Below are positions 12,661-46,490 of a DNA stretch of 54,547 nt, one piece after another (within the stretch, counting starts at the first letter, position 1; each line of letters begins with the position of its first letter). A program made the translations under genes and the position numbers. Source of the stretch: Macrostomum lignano (lineage: Eukaryota); contig NIVC01001782.1 of NCBI GenBank assembly GCA_002269645.1, positions 1 to 54,547 of the forward strand. Direction: 5' to 3'. The notes below the pieces were generated by a model, which was given only the letters and a program-made list of their open reading frames with translations, was not told the DNA's origin and did no database searches.

Positions 12661-13237
12661 TAATAATTGAAATTCAATCCTTTATAGTTCAATAAATAGT
12701 TTATTTACTTTCAAATAAGTATCTTTTTCTCCAACTTAATGCCATGTTTCTTTTTTATTAAACGTTTCAATTTTTATTAGTTACAAATTGTTATAGTTTG
12801 CAAAAGCACTTTTGTCCCCAATAAAATCTGAGTTTAGCATTATCGATTTTCTGTGCATTCCTTAACTTCGAGTTCTACGCTGTTTTGTTAGTTTATTTAA
12901 TAAAAGCAAACTGCCTTTATCCAATTGTTACATGTAGTTGCGTGTGTTGCATTATAGTGCTTACTAACTTGCTGGTAATGCTACTTTCAGTAGCTAACAA
13001 AGAATGCCAATGCCTAGAGTGCATTTTGTGCTCCTGTTGGTGAATCTTTATCTATTTATTAGCTATTTGTGTTTCATTACTTGTTCACCATGCTGCTGAT
13101 CGATAACTCCTGTGTGTCATTGTTCGATGACTGCTTCAATTATACCGACTGAATGCAAATCGATTCTTTTCAATGTTTCTACCTTGCAAGTAAATTGAGT
13201 TTAGTACTGTGCCTTAATTGAATTCTTTGGGTGCATC

Positions 13238-13890
13238 TTCAGTTGCTGGGCCAGCCTCCCAGATCCTCAGTTGCTGGGCCAGCCTCTCAGATTCTCAGTT
13301 GCTAGGGACAGCCTCCCAGATCCTCAGTTGCTGGGCCAGCCTCCCAGATCCTCAGTTGCTGGGCCAGCCTCCCAGATCCTCAGTTGCTGGGCCAGCCTCC
13401 CAGATCTTCAGTTGCTGGGTCAGCCTCCCAAATCCTCAGTTGCTGGGCCAGCCTCCCAGATCCTCAGTTGCTGGGCCAGCCTCCCAGATCCTCAGTTGCT
13501 GGGCCAGCCTCCCAGATCCTCAGTTGCTGGGCCAGCCTCCCAGATCTTCAGTTGCTGGGTCAGCCTCCCAAATCCTCAGTTGCTGGGCCAGCCTCCCAGA
13601 TCTTCAGTTGCTGGGCCAGCCTCCCAAATCCTCAGTTGCTGGGCCAGCCTTCCAGATCTTCAGTTGCTGGGTCAGCCTCCCAAATCCTCAGTTGCTGGGC
13701 CAGCCTCCCAGGTCTTCAGTTGCTGGGCCAGCCTCCCAAATCCTCAGTTGCTGGACCAGCCTCCCAAATCTTCAGTTGCTGGGCCAGCCTCCCAAATCCT
13801 CAGTTGCTGGGCCAGCCTTCCAGATTCTCAGTTGCTAGGGACAGTCTCCCAGATCCTCAGTTGCTGGGCCAGCCTCCCAGATCCTCAGTT
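13238..13890 (+). repeat. 28-bp minisatellite (CAGTTGCTGGGCCAGCCTCCCAGATCCT)n
   Basis: Direct reading; same family as 49430-50040. Confidence 0.96.
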
Positions 13891-14609
13891 GATAGTCAGT
13901 CTCGCCCACCCCAGTTTATTAGCGAACTCCTACCCTTATGCAACCTATTTAAACCGAACTCGAGATTCACTCCTTGCTCCATTACTCACCAATGTTATAT
14001 TCTCCCCATCCCATCCTTGACAAGACCCAACGCTCCTTGGCTGTTTCCATTTTTCCTTTGCCCAAGGCAAGCTGCCTTCCATATACTAAAAATGGTTTCA
14101 TCTATGCATGGCAGTGTAACTCAATTACTGCCACACACACATAGGCGCCACTGCATTAGTACTGCCAGAGTTAATGAGGCTTTCCATAGAGTGCTTCGAT
14201 CTAGACAAAACATATTGTGCGTGTGTTTTGGCTCTGGGTACTGTAATAGCATTATTAGTACAGTAAATATACTCTTACCTCTGCAGTTCATAGTGTTTTG
14301 AAAACCACAATAGAAAATATCGAATACATTACATGTGGATTTCAGTTGAACTTTCATAGAACAAAAACAATATATTTGTACTTTTAGGTTTGCTGTTGCG
14401 CAATTAATACATACTGTACTGTTAAATGGAACATTAACGCTAGTAAAAGTTTAGGTCGTGTGAAATTGCGCTTTCATTTTAGTTTATACGAAGCTGCGTT
14501 TATTGGTGTGAGAATACATGTAAATTGCATCGCGCTTTTTGACATTTGAAAGTGTTCTCATCCTCTTAGGACACCATTTTGTGGTAGGCTAGGCCCTCCC
14601 TGACGCATG

Positions 14610-15300
14610 GCACTAACTTTTGGCGCCGTCTGGAACCAACAATCGCGCATCTGACACCCTTTTGGCACTATCTGACACCACTTTGGCGCCATCTGACACC
14701 CTTTTGGCACTATCTGACACCACTTTGGCACTATCTGATACCACTTTGGCGCCATCTGACACCACTTTGGCGCCATCTGACACCACTTTGGCGCTATCTG
14801 AAACCAACAATAGCGCTATCTGACACCAACAATAGCGCCATCTGACACCATTTTGGCGCCATCTGACACCACTTTAACGCCATCTGACACCACTTTGGCG
14901 CCATCTGACACCACTTTGGCGCCATCTGACACCACTTTGGCGCTATCTGACACCAACAATAGCGCTATCTGACACCAACAATAGCGCCATCTGACACCAT
15001 TTTGGCGCCATCTGACACCACTTTAACGCCATCTGACACCACTTTGGCGCCATCTGACACCACTTTGGCGCCATCTGACACCACTTTGGTGCTATCTGAA
15101 ACCAACAATAGCGCTATCTGACACCAACAATAGCGCCATCTGACACCATTTTGGCGCCATCTGACACCACTTTAACGCCATCTGACACCACTTTGGCGCC
15201 ATCTGACACCACTTTGGCGCCATCTGACACCACTTTGGTGCTATCTGAAACCAACAATGGAGTCATTTGACACTAACTGACACTAACTGACACCATCGGA
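14610..15300 (+). repeat. 21-bp minisatellite (CGCCATCTGACACCACTTTGG)n
   Basis: Direct reading. Confidence 0.93.
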
Positions 15301-15829
15301 CACTAACAGTGGCGCCACCAGCTATTGAAACATAATGAACGAATCTTATAAATAAAATTTTCTAGCATAAAATTTGGGAATGAATTGCAAGGATCGTCTC
15401 CTTCAGTTACTAGAACAAAGACTACACAAGCACATGTAGATGTACATATACTGTGTGCAATATGGTTTACAAAGGTTTAATAAACTATTGCGCAGTAATT
15501 GGTATTCAGTTAATTATCTGAAATTAGAGTACATTTGGAGCTGACAAAGCGCTGATATTCGAGAGATACTCGAGCCTGTGCAGTACAGGGCAGTACACCT
15601 GTACCGTAATTGAGAGTTTCTAAACTACTCAAATACAGTCCCTTGCTCTTCTTACGGGCAAGATTTGCATGCCAGATCACACTTTATCTAAACGACGGAT
15701 CTAGTAATGTCTGCTTTGAGATTCTCTGCTACATTGCATTAGCACTGTTTAGGCATTGGAACTGTACGATTATTTGAAGCCCTGAAGCTGGGGGCTAACC
15801 TATCCCAGTCCATTCTTCTATTTCTTCCC

Positions 15830-17235
15830 TTATCTGTTCTCATTTATCCTTCATCTGTTCTAATCTACCTACCTGTTCTTATCTATACATGTTCTCATCT
15901 ACCTGTTCTCATCTACCTGTTCTTATCTACCTGTTCTCATCTACCTGTTTTCATGTATACCTGTTCTCATCTACCTGTTCTCATTTACCTGTTCTCATCT
16001 ACCTGTTCTCATCTACCTGTTCTTATCTACCTGTTCTTATCTACCTGTTCTCATCTACCTGTTCTCATCTACCTGTTCTCATCTACCTGTTCTCATCTAC
16101 CTGTTCTTTTCTACCTGTTCTCATCTACCTGTTTTCATGTATACCTGTTCTCATCTACCTGTTCTCATCTACCTGTTCTCATCTACCTGTTTTCATGTAT
16201 ACCTGTTCTCATCTACCTGTTCTCATCTACCTGTTCTCATCTACACCTGTCTCCTGTTCTCATCTTTACCTGTTCTCATCTACCTGTTCCCATCTACACC
16301 TGTTCTCATCTATACCTGTTCTCATCTCCTGTACTCATCTACACCTGTTCTCATCTATACCTGTTCTTATCTCCTGTTCTCATCTACACCTGTTCTCATC
16401 TATACCTGTTCTCATCTCCTGTTCTCATCTACATACCTAGTTCTCATCTACATGTTCTCATCTACCTGTTCTTATCTACCTGTTCTCATCTACCTGTTCT
16501 CATCTACATACCTAGTTCTCATCTACATACCTAGTTCTCATCTACATGTTCTCATCTACCTGTTCTCATCTACCTGTTTTCATATATACCTGTTCTCATC
16601 TACACCTGTTCTTATCTACCTGTTCTCATCTATACCTGTTCTCATCTACCTGTTCTCATCTACCTGTTCTCATCTACCTGTTCTCATCTTTACCTGTTCT
16701 CATCTACACCTGTTCTCATCTACACCTGTTCTCATCTACCTGTTCTCATCTACCTGTTCTCATCTACCTGTTTTCATGTATACCTGTTCTCATCTACACC
16801 TGTTCTCATCTACCTGTTCTCATCTACCTGTTCTCATCTACCTGTTTTCATGTATACCTGTTCTCATCTACACCTGTTCTCATCTACCTGTTCTCATCTA
16901 TACCTGTTCTCATCTACCTGTTCTCATCTACCTGTTCTCATCTACCTGTTCTCATCTTTACCTGTTCTCATCTACACCTGTTCTCATCTACACCTGTTCT
17001 CATCTACCTGTTCTCATCTACCTGTTCTCATCTACCTGTTTTCATGTATACCTGTTCTCATCTACACCTGTTCTCATCTACCTGTTCTCATCTACCTGTT
17101 CTCATCTACCTGTTTTCATGTATACCTGTTCTCATCTACCTGTTCTCATCTACCTGTTCTCATCTACCTGTTCTCATCTTTACCTGTTCTTATCTATACC
17201 TGTTCTCATCTACCTATTCTGATCTACATACCTGT
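15830..17235 (+). repeat. 14-bp minisatellite (CCTGTTCTCATCTA)n with variants
   Basis: Direct reading; starts about 65 nt beyond the nAChR stop. Confidence 0.96.
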
Positions 17236-17299
17236 GCTCATTTACCCTTACGCGATGAATAAATAACAATGAGATTAACGCACAACAGCTCCAGTCATC

Positions 17300-37499
<20,200 letters not shown>

Positions 37500-38275
37500 T
37501 TAGTTGTCAAAATAATAGTGCAATATCGAATGAGATATTGTAGGCCTATTAATCTGCTGATGACCTTTACGTTACTTACATCCTGGTCATGCAGAAAGCT
37601 ATCAACTTATCCGATATCCCTCTGTTAATATCTCAGACAAGGAAAGTGCAGACTATAATACCCGAGTATAATACAGGTTTAAAAAATCTATCTTTTTCGA
37701 TGAGAGAAGCAACCGATTTCTTGTCCAATTTGGGCCGGTCGTCAAGTGGACAGGTTGGGACTACTGGCTGGACAACTTTACTGCCTCTTTGGTCCTTGAA
37801 GTTGGCTGGGAGTTGGAGGAGAAGTCCGGTGGACGAGGATCAACGTTTTGATCAAGGTCGGTGCGCTTGAGTTCGGAGTCTTGGGAAGATTATTTTGGAC
37901 TCAAGTTTTACCTTCCTCATACTGGCGGGTGGCAACCTTGATTGGACTGCCTGCACCCAATGAGATCCTGAGGCCATGGAGGCCCGGAACCAGGATATGG
38001 GGTGACAAAAATTTCCCTGTTTCCTAATAAGAGGTGGTCTTGAAAATGGAGACTTCGGAAATGTAGAATTCTTTGAAAGAATTTTGTAAAATTCTTTGAT
38101 TAAACTGATCACCTGTACTCAACAGCTAATCCTTATTCGTGTTCCAGGGACTCCCATTGATCTTGACATGCACTGGGGTCTGGTATAATAAGGCACATGT
38201 AGGATCTCCCAACAGATTCCTTCAAGAATGATTTAATAAGTTGAAAATGAAAAAAAATGATGAGAAACTCTTGAC

Positions 38276-40130
38276 GTGCTGGGAATATAATTGCTTGGGA
38301 GAATTTTTAGAGTACATTGAGTAGATTCGATTAGTCTAATCAGAGTAGATTCGATTAGTCTAATCTGAGTAGATTTGATTAGTCTAATCTGAGTAGACTT
38401 GATTAGTCTAATCTGAGTAGATTTGATTAGTCTTAACTGAGTAGATTCGATTAGTCTAATCAGAGTAGATTCGATTAGTCTAATCTGAGTAGATTCGATT
38501 AGTCTAATCTGAGTAGATTTGATTAGTCTAATCTGAGTAGACTTGATTAGTCTAATCTGAGTAGATTTGATTAGTCTTAACTGAGTAGATTCGATTAGTC
38601 TAATCAGAGTAGATTCGATTAGTCTAATCTGAGTAGATTCGATTAGTCTAATCTGAGTAGATTCGATTAGTCTAATCTGAGTAGATTCGATTAGTCTAAT
38701 CTGAGTAGATTTGATTAGTCTAATCTGAGTAGATTTGTTTAGTCTAATCTGAGTAGATTTGATTAGTCTAATCTGAGTAGATTTGATTAGTCTTAACTGA
38801 GTAGATTCGATTAGTCTAATCTGAGTAGATTTGGTTAGTCTAATCTGAGTAGATTCGATTAGTCTAATCTGAGTAGATTTGGTTAGTCTAATCTGAGTAG
38901 ATTCGATTAGTCTAATCTGAGTAGATTTGGTTAGTCTAATCTGAGTAGATTTGTTTAGTCTAATCTGAGTAGATTTGTTTAGTCTAATCTGAGTAGATTT
39001 GTTTAGTCTAATCTGAGTAGATTTGGTTAGTCTAATCTGAGTAGATTCGATTAGTCTAATCTGAGTAGATTTGGTTAGTCTAATCTGAGTAGATTTGATT
39101 AGTCTAATCTGAGTAGACTTGATTAGTCTAATCTGAGTAGATTTGATTAGTCTTAACTGAGTAGATTCGATTAGTCTAATCTGAGTAGATTTGGTTAGTC
39201 TAATCTGAGTAGATTCGATTAGTCTAATCTGAGTAGATTCGATTAGTCTAATCTGAGTAGATTCGATTAGTCTAATCTAAGTAGATTCGATTAGTCTAAT
39301 CTGAGTAGATTTGATTAGTCTAATCTGAGTAGATTTGGTTAGTCTAATCTGAGTAGATTCGGTTAGCCTAATCTGAGTAGATTCGATTAGTCTAATCTGA
39401 GTAGATTTGATTAGTCTAATCTGAGTAGATTTGATTAGTCTTAACTGAGTAGATTCGATTAGTCTAATCTGAGTAGATTTGGTTAGTCTAATCTGAGTAG
39501 ATTCGATTAGTCTAATCTGAGTAGATTTGGTTAGTCTAATCTGAGTAGATTCGATTAGTCTAATCTGAGTAGATTTGGTTAGTCTAATCTGAGTAGATTT
39601 GGTTAGTCTAATCTGAGTAGATTTGTTTAGTCTAATCTGAGTAGATTTGTTTAGTCTAATCTGAGTAGATTTGTTTAGTCTAATCTGAGTAGATTTGGTT
39701 AGTCTAATCTGAGTAGATTTGTTTAGTCTAATCTGAGTAGATTTGTTTAGTCTAATCTGAGTAGATTTGATTAGTCTAATCTGAGTAGATTCGATTAGTC
39801 TAATCTGAGTAGATTTGGTTAGTCTAATCTGAGTAGATTTGTTTAGTCTAATCTGAGTAGATTTGATTAGTCTAATCTGAGTAGATTCGATTAGTCTAAT
39901 CTGAGTAGATTTGTTTAGTCTAATCTGAGTAGATTTGGTTAGTCTAATCTGAGTAGATTTGGTTAGTCTAATCTGAGTAGATTTGTTTAGTCTAATCTGA
40001 GTAGATTTGGTTAGTCTAATCTGAGTAGATTTGTTTAGTCTAATCTGAGTAGATTTGATTAGTCTAATCTGAGTAGATTCGATTAGTCTAATCTGAGTAG
40101 ATTCGATTAGTCTAATCTGAGTAGATTTGC
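38276..40130 (+). repeat. 24-bp minisatellite (TCTGAGTAGATTTGATTAGTCTAA)n
   Basis: Direct reading. Confidence 0.97.
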
Positions 40131-40519
40131 AAAGCAATCAGGAAAACTGTATGTTTCTTTTAGTAGAACTTTCCGAGTAAGAATTTTTAACAGCTGTACA
40201 GTTCAATAGTGAACAAAATTCTCAAGATTCACGCCTAGATGCGTTCACAGCTATACATTTTGTATAGTATTGCCATACTTGGCATTTCTGTAGCAATCCA
40301 GTCAGCTGTTCTTGTGACTCAAATCGTTTGATTACAGATTTTCTTACAGATGCAGCACAGCGGCAGATATTTGTTGTACTAAACCGAATTAGTTTTTACA
40401 TATTGTTCGCATGCCTTTTGTATAGTATTTACACGATAGATAAAGTACTTTTGCAACAGTGCATTAACTCGTAATGAAAAAAATATTGTTAGCGATATTT
40501 GTTAACATCTGCTCAACCC

Positions 40520-42463
40520 AGCCATTGAGGATTTGCCTCTCCGCTCACTCAGTCATTGGGGATTTGCCTCTCCGCTCACTCAGTCATTGAGAATCTGCCT
40601 CTCCGCTCACTCAGTCATTGAGAATCTGCCTCTCCGCTCACTCAGTCATTGAGAATCTGCCTCTCCGCTCACTCAGTCATTGAGAATCTGCCTCTCCGCT
40701 CACTCAGTCATTGGGGATTTGCCTCTCCGCTCACTCAGTCATTGGGGATTTGCCTCTCCGCTCACTCAGTCATTGAGAATTTGCCTCTCCGCTCACTCAG
40801 TCATTGAGAATTTGCCTCTCCACTCACTCAGTCACTGAGAATCTGCCTCTCCACTCACTCAGTCATTGAGAATCTGCCTCTCCGCTCACTCAGTCATTGA
40901 GAATCTGCCTCTCCGCTCACTCAGTCTTTGAGAATCTGCCTCTCCGCTCACTCAGTCATTGAGAATCTGCCTCTCCGCTCACTCAGTCATTGAGAATCTG
41001 CCTCTCCGCTCACTCAGTCATTGAGAATCTGTCTCTTGCTCACTCAGTCATTGAGAATCTGCCTCTCCGCTCACTCAGTCATTGAGAATCTGCCTCTCCG
41101 CTCACTCAGTCATTGAGAATCTGCCTCTCCGCTCACTCAGTTATTGAGAATCTGCCTCTCCGCTCACTCAGTCATTGAGAATCTGCCTCTCCACTCACTC
41201 AGTCATTGAGAATCTGCCTCTCCACTCACTCAGTCATTAAGAATCTGCCTCTCCGCTCACTCAGTCATTGAGAATATGCCTCTCCACTGAACTCAGTCAT
41301 TGAGAATCTGCCTCTCCGCTCACTCAGTCATTGAGAATCTGCCTCTCCGCTCACTCAGTCATTGAGAATCTGCCTCTCCGCTCACTCAGTCATTAAGAAT
41401 CTGCCTCTCCGCTCACTCAGTCATTGAGAATCTGCCTCTTCGCTCACTCAGTCATTAAGAATTTGTCTGTCCACTGAACTCAGTCATTGAGAATCTGCCT
41501 CTCCGCTCACTCAGTCATTGAGAATCTGCCTCTCCGCTCACTCAGTCATTGAGAATTTGCCTCTCCGCTCACTCAGTCATTGAGAATCTGCCTCTCCGCT
41601 CACTCAGTCATTGAGAATCTGCCTCTCCGCTCACTCAGTCATTGAGAATCTGCCTCTCCGCTCACTCAGTCATTGAGAATCTGCCTCTCCGCTCACTCAG
41701 TCATTGAGAATCTGCCTCTTCGCTCACTCAGTCATTGAGAATCTGCCTCTCCGCTCACTCAGTCATTGAGAATCTGCCTCTCCGCTCACTCAGTCATTGA
41801 GAATCTGCCTCTCCGCTCACTCAGTCATTGAGAATTTGCCTCTCCGCTCACTCAGTCATTGAGAATCTGCCTCTCCGCTCACTCAGTCATTGAGAATCTG
41901 CCTCTCCACTGAACTCAGTCATTGAGAATCTGCCTCTTCGCTCACTCAGTCATTAAGAATTTGTCTGTCTGGTCACTCAGTCATTGAGAATCTGCCTCTC
42001 CGCTCACTCAGTCATTAAGAATCTGCCTCTCCGCTCACTCAGTCATTGAGAATCTGCCTCTCCGCTCACTCAGTCATTGAGAATCTGCCTCTCCACTGAA
42101 CTCAGTCATTGAGAATCTGCCTCTTCGCTCACTCAGTCATTAAGAATTTGTCTGTCTGGTCACTCAGTCATTGAGAATCTGCCTCTCCGCTCACTCAGTC
42201 ATTAAGAATCTGCCTCTCCGCTCACTCAGTCATTGAGAATCTGCCTCTCCGCTCACTCAGTCATTGAGAATCTGCCTCTCCGCTCACTCAGTCATTGAGA
42301 ATCTGCCTCTCCACTGAACTCAGTCATTGAGAATCTGCCTCTTCGCTCACTCAGTCATTAAGAATTTGTCTGTCTGGTCACTCAGTCATTGAGAATCTGC
42401 CTCTCCGCTCACTCAGTCATTAAGAATCTGCCTCTCCGCTCACTCAGTCATTGAGAATCTTTC
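40520..42463 (+). repeat. 31-bp minisatellite (TCAGTCATTGAGAATCTGCCTCTCCGCTCAC)n
   Basis: Direct reading; about 60 nt beyond the tandem-C2 stop. Confidence 0.97.
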
Positions 42464-42522
42464 TCTAATAATAATTTCAATCAATCACATAAAAGAGGTT
42501 CTGCACATCGTCTGCAGGCAGA

Positions 42523-43145
42523 TCATGCTTCGTGCTTGTGATGGCCGCTGCCTTGTGCCGGCTGAGACTGCCGGTGCTTGTGGGCTGGTCCCTCCAACCC
42601 CGAGGGCGCAGGCGGGCGGTTCATGCGCACAGAGATCACGTGAGGCTGATTGGGGTTCTCCATCACTGATTTGTACAGGCCTCTGCAGTCGACCCGTTTG
42701 ACATCGGATCCCAGGTCCACCCAGCAGATCTCCTGGTGCTGCCCGTTATGCTGCTTGCTGAGCACCAACCTGACGGTGAGCGCTTCCACGCCGCCGCCTC
42801 CGCCGTGTTTTCCGTGCAGTCTAACGCTAAACTCAAATCCCAGGAAGTTCAACTCGCTCCCTGGTGTAGAATCTCTTGAACCTCGCACCATCGTCTCTTT
42901 GATGAGGCCGCGGTGTTGCATAAATGCCTGCAATCTGCAGTAGAAGTCCTCCGGCTCTATGCCCGACGTATGGCGCGGATTCAAATCTTCGATACTACTC
43001 AAGGTCAACTTGAATTTGTCTGGCCGGCAATACAGAGTAAGAAATGCGGTGCCCTCCTTGCTGCTGACTCGTTGAGACTCCTGGGTGCCGTTCAGGTATT
43101 TCCAGACACGGATGCCTCTCTCATAGTCTTCCTCGCTCCAGTGGC
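42523..43145 (-). CDS. Tandem-C2 gene, C2B/terminal exon
   Basis: Acceptor TTCTCCCCCAG|; SHWSEEDYERGIRVWKYLNG...HHKHEA-TGA. Confidence 0.8.
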
Positions 43146-44981
43146 CTGGGGGAGAACGGAGGACACTTTAATTGTTGTGTTTAGACATTTGCGCTTGGAC
43201 ACTTGTGTGCTTAAAGACACTTGTGTGCTTAGCGACACTTGTGTGCTTAGAGACACTTGTGTGCTTAGCGACACTTGTGTGCTTAGAGACAATTGTGTGC
43301 TTAGAGAAACTTGTGTGCTTAGAGACACTTGTGTGCATAGCGACACTTGTGTGCTTAGAGACAATTGTGTGCTTAGAGACACTTGTGTGCTTAGAGACAC
43401 TTGTGTGCTTAGAGACACTTGTGTGTTTAGAGACACTTGTGTGCTTAGAGACACTTTTGTGCTCAGACATTTGGGCTTAGACACATGTGTGCTTATAGAC
43501 ACTTGTGTGCTTAGAGACACTTGTGCTTGAGCGCCACACAGTGCTACAAAACTTTACACACTGATCCATCCTCACTTAGCAACAGTGTCGCTTCGCTGAT
43601 GGCCGCTCCGCCAGCAGCCGGGTCGTGCACCTGCACCTGCATGCACCGCTGGCTGGACGCACCGGCGCCCGCGACTTTTGGAAATTTTTCAAATTGAAAA
43701 GCACCCTTCCAGCGAGGACAACCGACTGTTGAGTCTACGGTTGCCGTGGCAACCGACTCTGTGCAGTCGGGTAGGAACACCACCGAACAGTAGGTTGACG
43801 CCGGTGGCTTCCCGCCGTCGCCGGAACGGCGAATGCCGTCGCCACGGACGATTCGCACTTCGAGGTAGGAGTTGGCAGACTGGTAGCGCAGGCCGATCAG
43901 TACGCGGCCCAGACCGCTGTTCTCTCCTGAGGGTTTGCCAGTTCTTTTTATAGGAGACTTTTATAGGTAATACTAATCCTATAGCTGCTTCATCAGTCAT
44001 TGAGAATCTGCCTCTCCGCTCACTCAGTCATTGAGAATCTGCCTCTCCGCTCACTCAGTCATTGAGAATCTGCCTCTCCGCTCACTCAGTCATTGAGAAT
44101 CTGCCTCTCCGCTCACTCAGTCTTTGAGAATCTGCCTCTCCGCTCACTCAGCCATTGAGAATCTGCCTCTCCGCTCACTCAGCCATTGAGAATCTGCCTC
44201 TCCGCTCACTCAGTCATTGAGAATCTGCCTCTCCGCTCACTCAGCCATTGAGAATCTGCCTCTCCGCTCACTCAGTCATTGAGAATCTGCCTCTCCGCTC
44301 AACACAGAAAATTGAAAACCTTTAGTATATAGTCAGAGCGATTGACTTCAGCCCCCTATGCTGCAATGACGCAAGATTTTCCAATCCTCGCTAAGGCGCA
44401 CTGCATGGGACTGCAGTGTATAACAGTTCCAATGTTATTCTGATTTTTATTCCAATTTTTTAGTCCCTTTTTATTATTGCTTCCCCAATGGAGGCGCAGA
44501 TTTCAAGTCCTTTTACGTAAAAAAGCATCATTTAACATTCGAGAGTTTCTGACGTCCGTTAGATACTAAATATAGGCAAGCAGAAATAATTTAATCTAAG
44601 AAAAGTAGGTCTCAGCCGATGCAAAATTCATAAAGGCTTACGAGTAGTACAAGCCGCTAAGCTGCTAAACTTCATCAGGGCAGGAGTGAATAGCATTACG
44701 ATCCAAGCTTAATTTGCTATTTTGACTTTGTGCACAAAGCACTACACTAACTCATCATCATCAAGCCCCCACTTAGACACGAAAGCCCGCTGGAACCAGC
44801 TGGGGTCGTGGCGCGAGACTCAGGCACGCTTCATCACCCTGCAGAGCCTCAACTTACCAAGAGTCTGGATTCTGCTTCCTTCATCTGTAATATCGACAGT
44901 TTCCGATTTAGCTAATTGTTTTCGTTTGTTTGCCACGGCGGAAGAAGTTGACTGACCGTCGCCCTGATGTTGCGAGGCCAT
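42523..44981 (-). CDS. Tandem C2-domain (synaptotagmin-like) protein; exons 44981-44858, 43926-43576, 43145-42523
   Basis: Phase 1/1 junctions throughout. C2A-like GLGRVLIGLRYQSANSYLEVRIVRGDG...TYCSVVFLP...PRWKGAFQF...MQVQVHD. C2B-like TAFLTLYCRPDKFKLTLSSIEDL...FYCRL...KET...MENPNQPH. Confidence 0.75.
43183..43528 (+). repeat. 18-bp minisatellite (GACACTTGTGTGCTTAGA)n
   Basis: Direct reading; tandem-C2 intron 2. Confidence 0.94.
43576..43926 (-). CDS. Tandem-C2 gene, C2A exon
   Basis: 351 nt; donor CTAA|GTGAGG; C2 beta-strand pattern. Confidence 0.8.
43993..44300 (+). repeat. Second array of the 31-bp minisatellite
   Basis: Same unit and orientation as 40520-42463; tandem-C2 intron 1. Confidence 0.96.
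44858..44981 (-). CDS. Tandem-C2 gene, putative first coding exon
   Basis: ATG with an in-frame stop upstream; 41 codons + G|GTAAGT; phase fits acceptor CCCTCAG at 43927. Confidence 0.55.
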
Positions 44982-45257
44982 CTTGTTATTGTCAAACCAA
45001 TGCGTTGTTTAGACTCTGTTTCTGCTGGTCTTGTCTCCATTTCGAACTATATATAGAAATGAATATATTAAGTGTTGTTTCTGTGCACAGCAGCTCTAAA
45101 GCCTGTTGGCTCTGTTATTCTAGACTTTTCTTTTCTTTCTCACAGAGTCCAATAGTTTTCGTCTCAGCCTAAGTTTCAGGCTGTGCTTCCTATTTTTCTT
45201 TTACCTACTCATGTACATGTAAAACTCGCTTTCCGGTGCAGTATCTATTTCTGCTTT

Positions 45258-46490
<1,233 letters not shown>

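Noticed and set aside
37560-38270. GC-richer unique stretch upstream of the nAChR ATG with ORFs at 37589-37870 and 37852-38112
   Set aside because: No recognisable RT, endonuclease or transposase motifs. It may be promoter or 5' UTR (a GTAAGT occurs near 37575 on the - strand), but that cannot be supported.
43689-44000. ORF MTDEAAIGLV... starting in the 31-bp repeat
   Set aside because: Its ATG comes from the repeat unit, and it is a different frame from the C2-domain reading that splices correctly.
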